Position numbers and translations under genes: made by a program. This document shows positions 51,291 through 63,539 of a stretch of 64,000 bases of DNA, piece by piece; positions within the stretch are counted from its first letter, which is position 1; each line of letters starts with the position of its first letter. Under the pieces are notes generated by a model that was not told the DNA's origin, did not search any database, and worked only from the letters and a program-made list of their open reading frames with translations. Origin of the DNA: Octopus sinensis (Eukaryota); NCBI RefSeq assembly GCF_006345805.1, contig NC_043017.1:13640001-13704000 (forward strand), read 5' to 3'.

Positions 51291-51879
51291 ACGACATAGG
51301 GGTGTTCAGCTTTTGCCAAATGACCTGCACAAAAGATTTTGTTTATAGTGATCAAATGTACGTGCTGCACCTTAGCTCACTCTTTCCATCAAATCAACGT
51401 TGTCTGAAAAGGTACACAAGTGTACCACACGCCAGGTGTTAAAATATTCACAGAGCAATGAAGTAATTTGCTCAAGAATACAATGAGCCACCTGGTCTAG
51501 GAATTGAAACCATGATCTCACAATCATGAGTGCAATGCCCTGACCACTCGGCCATGCATCAAGACTCTCCCTTAATATTAAAATAGAAGCATAGACAAGA
51601 CTAAAACTAACTGATATTTGAAGGCAGTGGTTACCATCTTTTTGACATCATGGATCACTGGAGATCAACCAAAAATTTACTTGTAAACTTTACATAAAAA
51701 GTTAAAAATTACTGGTATAAGCATGGTTGAGTGCTAAGAAGCTTGCTTCCCAACCATATGGTTTTAGGTTCAGTCTCACTGTGTAGCACCTTGGATTAAG
51801 TGTATTCTACCATAGCCTCAAGCTGATCAAAGCCATGTGAGTCAACCTGGTAGACAGAAGCTGAAAGAGGCCTGATATA

Positions 51880-52110
51880 GGGCGGCGAGCTGGCAGAAAC
51901 GTTAGCACATCGGGCGAAATGCTTAGCGGTATTTCGTCTGCCGTTACGTTCTGAGTTCAAATTCCGCCGAGGTCGACTTTGCCTTTTATCCTTTCGGGGT
52001 CGATTAATAAAGTACTAGTTATGCACTGAGGTCAATGTAATCAACTTAATCCGTTTGTCTGTCCTTGTTTGTCCCCTCTGTGTTCAGCCCCTTGTGAGTA
52101 GCAAAGAAAT
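51880..52110 (+). mobile_element. Family B SINE
   Basis: Near-identical to 3478-3711. Confidence 0.88.
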
Positions 52111-53140
52111 ATATATATAAATGTGTGTGTGTGTCCCACTATCACTTGACAATCAGTATCGGTCTGTTTGTTTCATTGTAAGTTAGCAGTTCAGCAAATA
52201 GAGACCTACAGAATAAGCACCAGGCTTTAAAATAAGTACGGGGGTGGGGTGCAATTTGTTCAGCTAAACCTTTCAAGGTAGTGCCCCAGCATGGCCACAG
52301 TCTAATGACTGAAACGAGTAAAAGATTAAAAAATACAGAAAATATAAAGACAAAACTATGCTTTAAAGTTAAATATTTAAAATGAAAGAAAACTGTAGCT
52401 TTGTTGTTTTAATTGTACCTATACATGTATACAAAATTATGGATAGCATATTTCATAAGACACTTAAGCATAGTTTTCCAAAGGGCTTTAAATTATATAT
52501 TTTTAAAAAATATAAATCCTTCCATTTTCTAAATGACAACACATTAAGATAGATGTGCTGAATGCAGCAGGGGAATGCAAATTTTCAACATGTTTGTGAG
52601 GTCCTGGCTGCATTGTAACAAGAGTTTTCAGCACTCAAAGTCAAAGACGCTTGAAAACATCACATCTCGACAAAATTTCGTTTAAAAATGCGCATTTTAT
52701 CAAAGTTGTGAGGAAACAAAGTCAGGGGGCACCAAACTGTAGTTATGCCTATACATATTACGTATTTTCTTTCGCTCTCTCTCTCTCATTCACACACACA
52801 CACAACTATCTGTCTACAGAAGTTCAAATGTTATCTTAAACTATTAGGAAGAGCTAGTTACAGGGGGGGTTTTTTTATATCCAAGACGTACACACACACA
52901 CATACACCTACTGCGCCCATAAAGGCGTATCGGTGCCATGTAACAAACCTACTTTGTCTAAATGGCTTACAAAGAATACATCTGTTTATTGGGAATACAT
53001 ATAACAAACCAGCTTAAGATACAAGGAGGAATTATTAAATAAATAAACACGGACACCTTTTCTTAAAAAGAAACTCTTTTAATCATTCTGTTATATCTAT
53101 GTGAACAATTACACGCACAAACACTACACGCATTATATAT

Positions 53141-53172
<32 letters not shown>

Positions 53173-53623
53173 AACCCGTCTATTCTTTTCTTTGGAAATA
53201 CATGAAAACAATAAATTGTTGTAAAAGCTAAAAGATATATCCAAGTTTTACGATAAAAACAGTGTCTGTATACATATTTATTACTTCGTGTGTGTGCGCG
53301 CGAGAGCGTGATTGGGCAAACAACAGAAAAAGGTATTCAACACAATTACATGTATTATTGTTGAAAACAGTTTTGGTTCGGTTCTATGCAACTTAAAGTT
53401 TCGTAGGTTTCGGGCTCAGATTACCAAACATCAGTATAATGGAAAGATTTATTCATATAAAATACCGAGTGTTTTGGGGGTTTTTTTCCAGCTTTTAAAC
53501 TCAAAGGCGATAACTATTTCGAATTATAAGACACATTCTTTAAAAAATTATGTGTGTGTGTATGTGTGTGTTTGCTTCTCGTATTCGGGCCTTTCATCGT
53601 GTTTTAACATTTCCCTGCTCCAC

Positions 53624-53645
53624 GGGGTGGGTTGGGTGGGGCGGA
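53624..53645 (+). promoter_or_regulatory. G-quadruplex-type motif overlapping a GC box
   Basis: GGGG-T-GGG-TT-GGG-T-GGGG followed by CGGA; ATTGG at 53311 upstream; CpG-retaining surroundings. Confidence 0.3.
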
Positions 53646-54139
53646 TACAAAGAATGCAGTGCGGAAAATCCGGGGAAGTGGAAACTCATTTAATTCGAAG
53701 GAAATTCTCGTAAAGACATTTACAGGTTTGACATATGGACAGTGTATGTGTGTGTGTGTGAGTGAGTGAGTGAGAGAGAGAGAGAGGGGGGTACTTGCAT
53801 TTTGATTTCTATAAATCTAACAGATGGGGACATATTCTGTTGTTTATCTCCAGATAAGCCCAACTACAACAGATATATCATCAAAGACAGATCACCTCGC
53901 TTTTCTTTTTTCTTTCTTTTTTTTTGCCAGTCGATGGCTACCAATAGGACAGAAGATATGGGTTCGTGTCCCACGGGATTTTTTTTTTTCTTTTTACTTT
54001 AGTTTCAGCTCTAGAGCTACGGCCATGCTGGGGTACCACCGTTTTTATTCAAAGTTTTTTTTTCTTAATCAAATACTCTACATACTATCGTTTATAGCTT
54101 TATTTAATTCGATTTCCACCGTTAAAACGATTTCGTATC

Positions 54140-54590
54140 TTTCGACGCTGCTGCTTCCCTTCTCAGCTCGAGCCAGCGGGGCTAGACCGAGGGGACGATA
54201 AAAGGCCAGACAGTATGACAATTTTCCCGTTCCATGGCGGCAGGCCCCTCATCTGGGATGCCACATGCTCTGATACCTTCTCCAGCGGCAACTTGATGTG
54301 GTTAGCTACAAACCCAGGCTCAGCTACTGAGAATAACAAACTGTCATGGTTTCGGTCGCTCTCCGACAGGTTTATGGTCAAGCCTGTGGCAGCGGAAACC
54401 TCCGGCATTCTTGCCCCTCCACCCGACCATATCCCTGCTCAGCGCTATCAGAGAGGAGATGCATGTCTGCAAGTGTGAGCCCCGTGAGTCAGTGTGGCTA
54501 TTCCGGCGCGTCACCCTCGCCATCCTCCGGGGCAACGCCTTTTCTATTTTGTCCACTGGGGCCATGAGGCAGTCTGACTTGGAGGAAATT
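54140..54590 (+). mobile_element. CRE-clade non-LTR retrotransposon 3' fragment (RLE), second family
   Basis: FPSQLEPAGLDRGDDKRPDSMTIFPFHGGRPLIWDATCSDTFS..AAETSG, then shifted WLFRRVTLAILRGNAFSIL. Confidence 0.85.
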
Positions 54591-54611
54591 GTACGTTCCA
54601 CTCTCTTTTTT

Positions 54612-54829
54612 ACTCTTTACTCTTTTACTTGTTTCAGTCATTTGACTGCGGCCATGCTGGAGCACCGCCTTTAATCGAGCAACTCGACCCCGGGACTTAT
54701 TTTTTGTAAGCCCAGTACTTATTCTATCGGTCTCTTTTTGCCGAACCGCTAAGTAACGGGGACATAAACACACCAGCATCGGTTGTCAAGCAATGCTAGG
54801 GGGACAAACACAGACGCATAAACACATAC

Positions 54830-54878
<49 letters not shown>

Positions 54879-55060
54879 ATATATATATACACATATATAC
54901 GACGGGCTTCTTTCAGTTTCAGTCTACCAAATCCACTCACAAGGCTTTGGTCGGCCCGAGGCTATAGCAGAAGACACTTGCCCAAGGTGCCACGCAGTGG
55001 GACTGAACCCAGAACCATGTGGTTGGTTAGCAAGCTACTTACCACACAGCCACTCCTACG
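54612..55060 (-). mobile_element. Full-length family A SINE
   Basis: Near-identical to 8888-9322. Confidence 0.92.
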
Positions 55061-55259
55061 CCTCCTTAAAAAAAACTTAGATCTATGCAATAATTTATTA
55101 TTTTAATCTGAATAATAAATTCTACAAAAATACTTTAGAAGTAAACTTTATACAACATCAGGGGTGTGCCGTCTGGGTGAGCAAGGTAGGAACTACCTAT
55201 CAACAATAAGTCAGGAATTTGTTACCATTTTGATACTAGACAGGCCCAATATGCACAAC

Positions 55260-55350
55260 GTGTGTGTGTGTGTTTGTGTGTGTGTGTGTATGTGTGTGTG
55301 TGTGTGTGTGTATGTGTGTGTGTGTATGTGTGTGTGTGTGTGTGTGTGTG
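55260..55350. repeat. (TG)n microsatellite
   Basis: Direct reading. Confidence 0.9.
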
Positions 55351-56105
55351 CAGTAATGCGTAGAGAGTGAAAATAACCGCACTTCGCCTGAAGTAACCCT
55401 TTCTCTGCGAAATTAAATTTCATGGCTATTCCAGCGATTATGTTAAATATCAACAAAAGAAAAAAAAAAATTGATATTTTCGGCAAGTTGCGTTGCCTCA
55501 ATAAACTTGACATATCTCAACAAAAAAACAAAAAAAACAAAAAAACAGTTTCAAATATGACATTCTCAGTCGAAGCTAGATTGGTATATAAAACTGCTTT
55601 CCGCAGATAAAGGGTGCAGTTAAACGGTTAAAATACTTTACGGAGTGAAAATGTGTCCGTCCGTGTGGGTTTACCTCTAATGACTGAGCTTAATTTCTAA
55701 GAGACATATTATTCAATAAAGTACAATATATATATAAATATATATATATATCGTGCGCGGAGGGAAGGTGGGGGAGCAGAGGGGGCACGTGCCCCACTAA
55801 AGAAAAGAAGTGCGCCCGTCTAAATAATGTTGTTACGCCCTTTTCTCCTGAAATTGTATTCCCTTTTTTGACTTTGCGCCCTCCCCTCGAAAAATTCCTG
55901 GGGCTGCGCCTGTGCATTCTTGTCCCATTTTGCATTTATATATATATATATATATATATATAAAGAGCAATAAGATTCAAGTTAATTTAAAAGAATTTAC
56001 TGAATATGGTACCTACTTAGATGCACCAAAAAAAACTATACTGATTAACAATACAGTAATGTGGGGTGATTATAAGCGAGAAAGAAGCAACAAGAATGGA
56101 TAGGT

Positions 56106-56196
56106 TTTTAGTACGATCGTTTCATACAAGGACAGGTTTTATTAAAAGTTGCAAAGATTACAGCATATAAACGAGTCCCGTACTCATCAGCTAAAA
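56106..56196 (-). ncRNA. Mirror-image type I hammerhead ribozyme
   Basis: Exact reverse complement of 56415-56505 in the left arm. Confidence 0.8.
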
Positions 56197-56414
56197 TACA
56201 TGTAAGTTCTCTAGACGTCCTAGTGTTTGAGGCTATACTCATGAAGTAATGTAGATAATTAAACAGATTTCTAAAGTTCATTAAAGTTCTTTAAAGATGA
56301 TGTACAGTCTTATCACAGAAAGAACTTTAATGAACTTTAGAAATCTGTTTAATTATCTACATTACTTCATGAGTATAGCCTCAAACACTAGGATGTCTAG
56401 AGAACTTACATGTA

Positions 56415-56505
56415 TTTTAGCTGATGAGTACGGGACTCGTTTATATGCTGTAATCTTTGCAACTTTTAATAAAACCTGTCCTTGTATGAAACGATCGTAC
56501 TAAAA
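56415..56505 (+). ncRNA. Type I hammerhead ribozyme (minimal, palindromic stem III)
   Basis: Stem I ttttag (56415-20)/ctaaaa (56500-05); CTGATGA 56421-27; stem II gtacgggac/gtcc(t)tgtat; GAAA 56488-91; ACGATCGT palindrome; GUA cleavage triplet, cut predicted after 56499. Confidence 0.8.
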
Positions 56506-56534
56506 ACCTATCCATTCTTGTTGCTTCTTTCTCG

Positions 56535-56564
<30 letters not shown>

Positions 56565-56573
<9 letters not shown>

Positions 56574-56633
56574 GATAAAACCACTATTAGGCAATTTTTT
56601 CCCTGTAAGTTTGGATTTACTCCCTAATATTAT

Positions 56634-56675
<42 letters not shown>

Positions 56676-57180
56676 CATTAAGGATAACTTCTTATAAGGA
56701 ATCTTAACAAGAAATTATCAGGTAGTTAGCGTGAAAAACCTCATAAGAGAAAAAATCGAAAATAATTTTTTTTCCTTTTGAACATATTAATACAATATAT
56801 ATATATATATATATATACTGCTGTGTCTGGGGAGAGTCATTTTCTTTTTGTGCCTTATAATGTAACACACTCACCGGTAAAATTCCCACCTATTTCTTAT
56901 TTTTACCGGTGAGTAAAGCTAAACAACAACGGCGCTAATCACTATGTAGTCGTTCGGCTTGCTAGAAATAACGCCCAAATCCCCCTTAAGTCATTACATT
57001 CTGCGGTTCTTAGAAAATTGAAAATTGAAGGACATAATCGATAATTTTGTCCTGGATATAATTTATAAGGCACAAAAAGAAAATGACTCTCCCCAGACAC
57101 AACAGAATATGCTTCAACACACGAACTCGTTTAAAGAATCTTGCAAACCAAATCCAAAAACACACACACACATATATATA
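56565..57180. mobile_element. Cluster of inverted AT-rich repeat fragments (putative Penelope-like) with a templated insert
   Basis: Inverted pair gtgtctggggagagtcattttctttttgtgccttata (about 56826-56859 / 57064-57099); hairpin ctcaccggtaaaa..ttttaccggtgag; exact copy of 58991-59143 inside. Confidence 0.6.
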
Positions 57181-57182
57181 TA

Positions 57183-57412
57183 TTTCTTTACTGCCCACAC
57201 GGGGCTAAACATAGAGGGGACAAACAAGGACAGACGAAGGGATTGAGTCGATTATATCGACCCCAGTGCGAAACTGGTACTTAATTTATCGACCCCGAAA
57301 GGATGAAAGGCAAAATTGACCTCGGCGGAATTTGAACTCAGAACGTAACGACAGACGAAATACCGCTAAGCATTTCACCCGGCGCGTTAACGTTTCTGCC
57401 AGCTCGCCGCCT
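57183..57412 (-). mobile_element. Family B SINE
   Basis: Near-identical to the 15524 copies. Confidence 0.88.
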
Positions 57413-57959
57413 TATATATATAATTTATTGTTATGGCCGGTCAGAGATTGGTCATTGGTTTCTCGCGCCTATAAAGCCCTTAGCCGTATAGGCCTATACG
57501 GCTAAGCTACCTTACAGGTGCGAAACGAATGGTCACTCTCTGACCAGCCTTTAGTGTTTGCTTCGTTTTCGGATATATGAGCTACTGACGCTATAAGGTG
57601 ATCGTTTGATGGACTGCTCTTATTCAGCATCCAACTAAACCTGGACCATCCAATGCAGAGGTTTCAAATAGCCATAACGATGAAACGTACGTAGGTGACA
57701 AATGCTATAAACTGCATCTTGGTTTTACCAAAAATTCTACATTTACATTATATATATATATATATATTTTGTCAGTGAACAGGTCGCGGATTTTAGCGAC
57801 GAAAATATTTTGACAAATTAAACTTAAATGTTGAAGTGAATCGAACGGGCTTTTGTGTGTTTCTTAAATGGCTTACAAACACAAACACCTTCCCCTGCAA
57901 TTGTTTTCGTTCCAGCACACGATCTCAGATCAAATCACTTGCTATGAAGTACATCTCCG

Positions 57960-57994
<35 letters not shown>

Positions 57995-58034
57995 TCCCGG
58001 GTCGAGTTGCTCGATTATACACACAACACACACT

Positions 58035-58211
58035 CTTACTCTTTACTCTTTTACTTGTTTCAGTCATTTGACTGCGGCCATGCTGGAGCACCGCCTTTAA
58101 TCGAGCAATTCGACCCCGGGACTTATTCTATCGGTCTCTTTTTGCCGAACCGCTAAGTAACGGGGACATAAATACACCAGCATCGGTTGTCAAGCAATGC
58201 TAGGGGGACAA

Positions 58212-58256
<45 letters not shown>

Positions 58257-58430
58257 CACATATATACGACGGGCTTCTTTCAGTTTCCGTCTACCAAATC
58301 CACTCACAAGGCTTTGGTTGGCCCGAGGCTATAGTAGAAGACACTTACCCAAGGTGCCACGCAGTGGGACTGAACCCGGAACCATGTGGTTGGTAAACAA
58401 GCTACTTACCACACAGCCACTCCTGCGCCT
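58035..58430 (-). mobile_element. Full-length family A SINE (small internal deletion)
   Basis: Near-identical to 8888-9322. Confidence 0.9.
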
Positions 58431-60925
58431 ATACACATATACATTTACATACATAAACATGCGTGCGTATAAATATTTGTATACAAACATACGTATGAAT
58501 ATCTACCGTCTGTTATATAATAGCTTCTATGTTTGTTTACATATTGACGTGGGTGCAATACTCACTTTGTTTTTGCATTGGGGGGCGGGGACGGTTACAG
58601 AAATTCTCATAGATATTATAATAGACTTTATTAATGCCTACATCCAACATTCTGGCCGTCTCATATAATGAAATAATATACAAAATTAGAATTATCTCGA
58701 TTACAATTCAAACTAGAGACATTATCATATGAGAGAAATAAGTTAGAGGCGACAGGCATTCTGCAAAAAATGCGATCAAAATACACACATACACACACAC
58801 ACATGCATATGCACACAATCGTCTGGAAGCCGGCAAAATCAATAAAGTTTGTTTGTTATAATTGATTTCGTTCGAAAACCTCTCAAGTTTCGTGTAGTCG
58901 CCGGTCATCTCTGATTATCGAACAGATCGATGATCACAGGCGTTCCAGCTGTGACCATCCCAGTCTCTCCCGCCCTCTCTTTCTAAACGAATAAATTATA
59001 TCCAGGACAAAATTATCGATTATGTCCTTCAATTTTCAATTTTCTAAGAACCGCAGAATGTAATGACTTAAGGGGGATTTGGGCGTTATTTCTAGCAAGC
59101 CGAACGACTACATAGTGATTAGCGCCGTTGTTGTTTAGCTTTAGGTCATCCCTGATTAGATCGATGACTGAATGCGTTCCGTCTTTGATCAGACCACCCT
59201 TGTCTTGTTCCGTACACCTCAGACAGTCAAACCTAGGACCCCAGCATCCTTGTTTAATACAAATTATCCTTATTTAAGACGATACGCAGTTTGTTTTAAG
59301 GGAGATATTCGATAGTGTTTGTAGCCGGGTTGAACGGCTATGTAAAATGCTTTTTTATATACATTGCAGGATATATATATATACATATATACATTGCAGG
59401 ACAGAAACGGAAATTATTTGGTGTCCTCAAAGTTTTGGACGAGTAAATTTCATACATCATAGAATACGATTCGACAAATAAAATTTTGATTGTAGAAAGA
59501 GAATTTCGTACATTCTACCACTCACTCATGATTTTTCAGTTTTGAATTTACAAACGAAAAAAGATTTTTTTTTTTCTTTTTAGATTTGTATTTTAAACAT
59601 CTTATGATTCTTCAAAACTATACGTAACAAAATCTGAACATTTTTTTTACAAAAGGTGTCAAAACTGAAGAATCGCAAAAAGGTAATGGGCCGACTAAAA
59701 AGTGATCACCAACACCAATTTTATTTTTTTTATTTATGTATTATTTTTATTTTATCATTTCCTTTTTGACAGAATCTTTATTTGCGATGCTTAAAACGTC
59801 GAATTGAATTGCAGTTTTTTTATGCACTATATAATTTTCCGACGCTATTCTATAGGGACTCCCAATGTGGCTGGAATTTTTTTTTTTTTTAAAGACTGTT
59901 TGGTTGTCAAATTGGAGGATGGATGCTTCGTAGCATCAACTAATTCTATTTCCAGTTCTTAGCAAAAGAAACAAAAACATGCCACATAAAACAAAACAGT
60001 TCTTTACTGTATTCACAAGAGAAACCATACACGTTGTCGCACCGCTTTGCAAGAAATAACAGCTAAATCTCTCTTTAATAACACTGCTTACTCTCTCTCT
60101 CTCTTTCTCACACACACGGAACCATAAGGAACTATGACTACATTGACTATAAGTGAAATTACTAATAAATACACCTTGTTCATGGTTGGCTCGGCTTTTA
60201 GTCATAGATGTCAATAAGAGCTGACCTGGTGTTAAGTAAACAGCAACAAACTATTTGGTTTGTTTTTGTGTTAAATGTGCATTTAACTTTCCAGTTCGAA
60301 AACGCAGCCGGGGTCACAGAAAGAACCTTTAATGTCTCTTGTAATGTTGTTTATCATTCGGGCAAGATAAAAAAAAAAAATAAAGCAACAGCTAGTATAA
60401 AATAAAACTGTTTAAAACAGGGGGGTTCGAATTTAAGCAAAAATCGAATCGTCCTCTTCCTCCCCACCTTGCTATACCAAAATAATAATAATAATAATAA
60501 TAATAATCCTTTCTACTAAAGACACAAGGCCTGAAATTTTGAGGGTGGGGTGGGCTAGTCGATTACATTGACCCCACCCCCCGGGCGTAAATGGCACTTA
60601 TTCCATTGCCCCAAAAGAATGAAAACCAAAAGCTTGACATCGGCGGAATAATAATAATAATATTAAGAACGATGTGTGTATGTATTTATGTGTCTTTAGT
60701 TAGACCGAAGACGGCTGAAAAAATATGTTTTAGATATATGTCGATATATGTGTCAGACATCAACAAGCATGGTCTAAGACAAGATTAGAGTTATCAGATT
60801 AGAGTTATCTGTCATGGGTTCGGAGGTTCGATCCCAAGAAAAGATATCCGTTGGCTTTTCCTCATCACAGGCCGTGCTTTGTAAATAATGATATATATAT
60901 ATCTCTATATATATATATATATATA

Positions 60926-60963
<38 letters not shown>

Positions 60964-61239
60964 TATATATATATAATACATGCGTATGTAATAATGTGTA
61001 TGAAATGTACACATAACGTACGTTATATATATATATGTATGTATATATATATATATATATAATATATGCTTCATTGCAGCTATTCAATATTGAAGAATAA
61101 CATCCATATTCTTTCTGTATTAATAATTCAAATGGTTTCTTACCTTTCCTAATTCCATATTTACATCTTGTTTAGCCGCCGCCGTCAATTTGCTACACTC
61201 CGTATTGCTGCTGTGTTTCGCATAGTCCGCCATGATTGA

Positions 61240-61620
61240 GTACTGGTGGTGGTGGTGATGTCGGTGATGGTGATGGGCTCAGTAGTAGTAGTAGTAGCAG
61301 TAGTGATCGTAGTGGTGGTATTGGTATTGGTGATGGTGTCGGTGATGTTCTAGGTGGTGGTGGTGATAGTGGTGGTGGTGTCGGTGAGGAGGATGGTGGT
61401 GTCGGTGATGGTGGTGGTGGTGTTGGCGGTCGCGGTTACTGATTATGATATTAATAGTGATGTTTTGGTTATTAATGATGGTAGTAGTAGTACTAGTAGT
61501 GATGGTTGCGATGGTGGTGGTGGTGGTGATGGTGGTTAGTGCCGGTATTGGCAGTATTAGTGGCGGCGGTGTTGGCGGCAGTAGCAATGATGGTGGTGGT
61601 GGTGGTGGTGGTGTTGGTGG
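61240..61620. repeat. (GGT)n/(AGT)n low-complexity region
   Basis: Direct reading. Confidence 0.85.
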
Positions 61621-61799
61621 GGGAGCCTGTTGTACTGGAAACAGCGACGAGAGGAAGAAGACTGGATTTTTTTTTATATGTTTCTTCAGCAACAGTGATG
61701 TTGTCGGTGTGAAGGGTCTGACATTATTATAACTAACAGCATTTCTTAACTTTCCACTGAAACTCTTTCTTCCTCTTCACTTCTTCTTCCCCTTCCATC

Positions 61800-62166
61800 C
61801 ATACACACGCATACATACACACACTAACATACTCTCTCTCTCTTACACAATTTCTATCTCTCTCACTCTCTTTCTCTCATACATACAAACACTAACATAC
61901 TCTTTCTCTCTCTCTCTTACTCTCTCTTACACAATTTCTCTCTCTCTCACTCTCTTTCTCTCATACATACAAACACTAACATACTCTTTCTCTCTCTTAC
62001 TCTCTCTTACACAATTTCTATCTCTCTCACTCTCTTTCTCTCATTCTTTTTCTCTCACTCTCTTTCTATCTCCCTCCAACTCCGTTTGGTTCTTGCTACT
62101 TCTTTCACTTTTTTTTGTATCTTCCTTTCTCTGCCATTCTTTCTCCTCCAATTTTTCACTCATTTT

Positions 62167-62198
<32 letters not shown>

Positions 62199-62530
62199 CC
62201 CATATCTCTCTTTTCCCCTCTCTCTCCCCATCGCTTTCATTCCCCTCTCTTCATATCTCTTTCCTCTCCTCTCCTCTCCTCTCTCTTTACCCACCTCTTT
62301 CTTCCCCCTTTCGTTTCCTACTCTCTCCTCTCTTTCCTTTTCCGTCTGTCTCCCTCTCTCTTTTCTTCTCTCTCTCCATCTCATTCTTTCCTTTATCTCC
62401 ATATCTCTCCTCTCCCCTCTCTCTCTCTCTCCTTTCGTTTCCTTCTGTCTCTTCTCCTGCCACACCCCTCTGCCTCCACCTCTCTTTTCTCCTCTCGCTC
62501 TTTCCTCCATCCTTGTCCACTCCTTTCTCA

Positions 62531-62561
<31 letters not shown>

Positions 62562-63250
62562 CCCATATCTCTCTTTTCCCCTCTCTCTCCCCATCGCTTT
62601 CATTCCCCTCTCTTCATATCTCTTTCCTCTCCTCTCCTCTCCTCTCCTCTCTCTTTACCCACCTCTTTCTTCCCCCTTTCGTTTCCTACTCTCTCCTCTC
62701 TTTCCTTTTCCGTCTGTCTCCCTCTCTCTTTTCTTCTCTCTCTCCATCTCATTCTTTCCTTTATCTCCATATCTCTCCTCTCCCCTCTCTCTCTCTCCTT
62801 TCGTTTCCTTCTGTCTCTTCTCCTGCCACACCCCTCTGCCTCCACCTCTCTTTTCTCCTCTCGCTCTTTCCTCCATCCTTGTCCACTCCTTTCTCATCTC
62901 TCTCTCTCTCTCTCTCTTCCTTTGTTTCTGCTTATCTCTTACTCTTTCCCTATTAATCTTTTCCCTACCTTCACTCTCGCGCCGCCATCCTTCTTTGTTC
63001 TTACTCTTTCTTCGTCTCTCTCACCCCTCTATCTCTCTCTCTCTTTCTCTAACAATACTTCAACGTTATTGTCACTTTCTCTCTCTTCACCTCCCTCTTA
63101 CTATTTCTTACTATTTCTTCCCAACTCCTTGTCTCCCTCTCGTTTTTTCTTTTCCACGTTCCTTGTCTATCAATTTCACTTATTTTATTCTTTTTCTTTC
63201 ATTCTTCTTTTAAAACCATTCTTAATTATTCTGTCTCTCAGCTTCTTATT
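61800..63250. repeat. Polypyrimidine (CT-rich) tract with internal tandem duplications
   Basis: Block starting ccccatatctctcttttcccctc occurs at 62198 and 62561 (363-bp period); three shorter repeats at 61810-62040. Confidence 0.88.
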
Positions 63251-63539
63251 TTTCTCCGAGGCAAAGCAATAAAAAACAGAGAAAACATAACTTTGTTGCA
63301 CAGAATAACTATCTATTATTTTTTTTTCCTCTTAGTTTCTTTGACTTTACAATAAAATCTTTTATGTTGTAACCATTTTCAGCTTGTCTGCTACTTCTCT
63401 TATAAACCTTCATACGTTCAAGCGAACGAAAGAGCCTCGGCGCTAGAAATAACAGCCAACAGCAATCATGGGCAAACTGCAGTTTGCGGGGCTTTCTGAA
63501 TGGCACGCCTAACGAAAAATTAGTTTGTCTTTTTTTTTT

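Larger units (their letters stand above)
56071..56540. repeat. Near-perfect foldback: 222-bp arms, 26-nt loop (putative Penelope-like inverted terminal repeat)
   Basis: 56071-56292 is the reverse complement of 56319-56540 with one mismatch that I found (ctagacgtcctag vs ctaggatgtctag). Confidence 0.95.

Noticed and set aside
57435-57549. GAAAC..GTC with flanking stems suggesting a hammerhead
   Set aside because: The CUGANGA core is absent; kept only as a hairpin.
57680-57700. GAAACGTACGTA palindromic stem III-like motif
   Set aside because: No CTGANGA or matching stem I found upstream.
61236-61732. Poly-G/H/P/V ORFs
   Set aside because: Trinucleotide low-complexity sequence with no unique flanking coding signal.
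62086-63272. ORFs up to 385 aa rich in S/L/P/F
   Set aside because: CT-rich strand cannot encode stops; open in all three frames.
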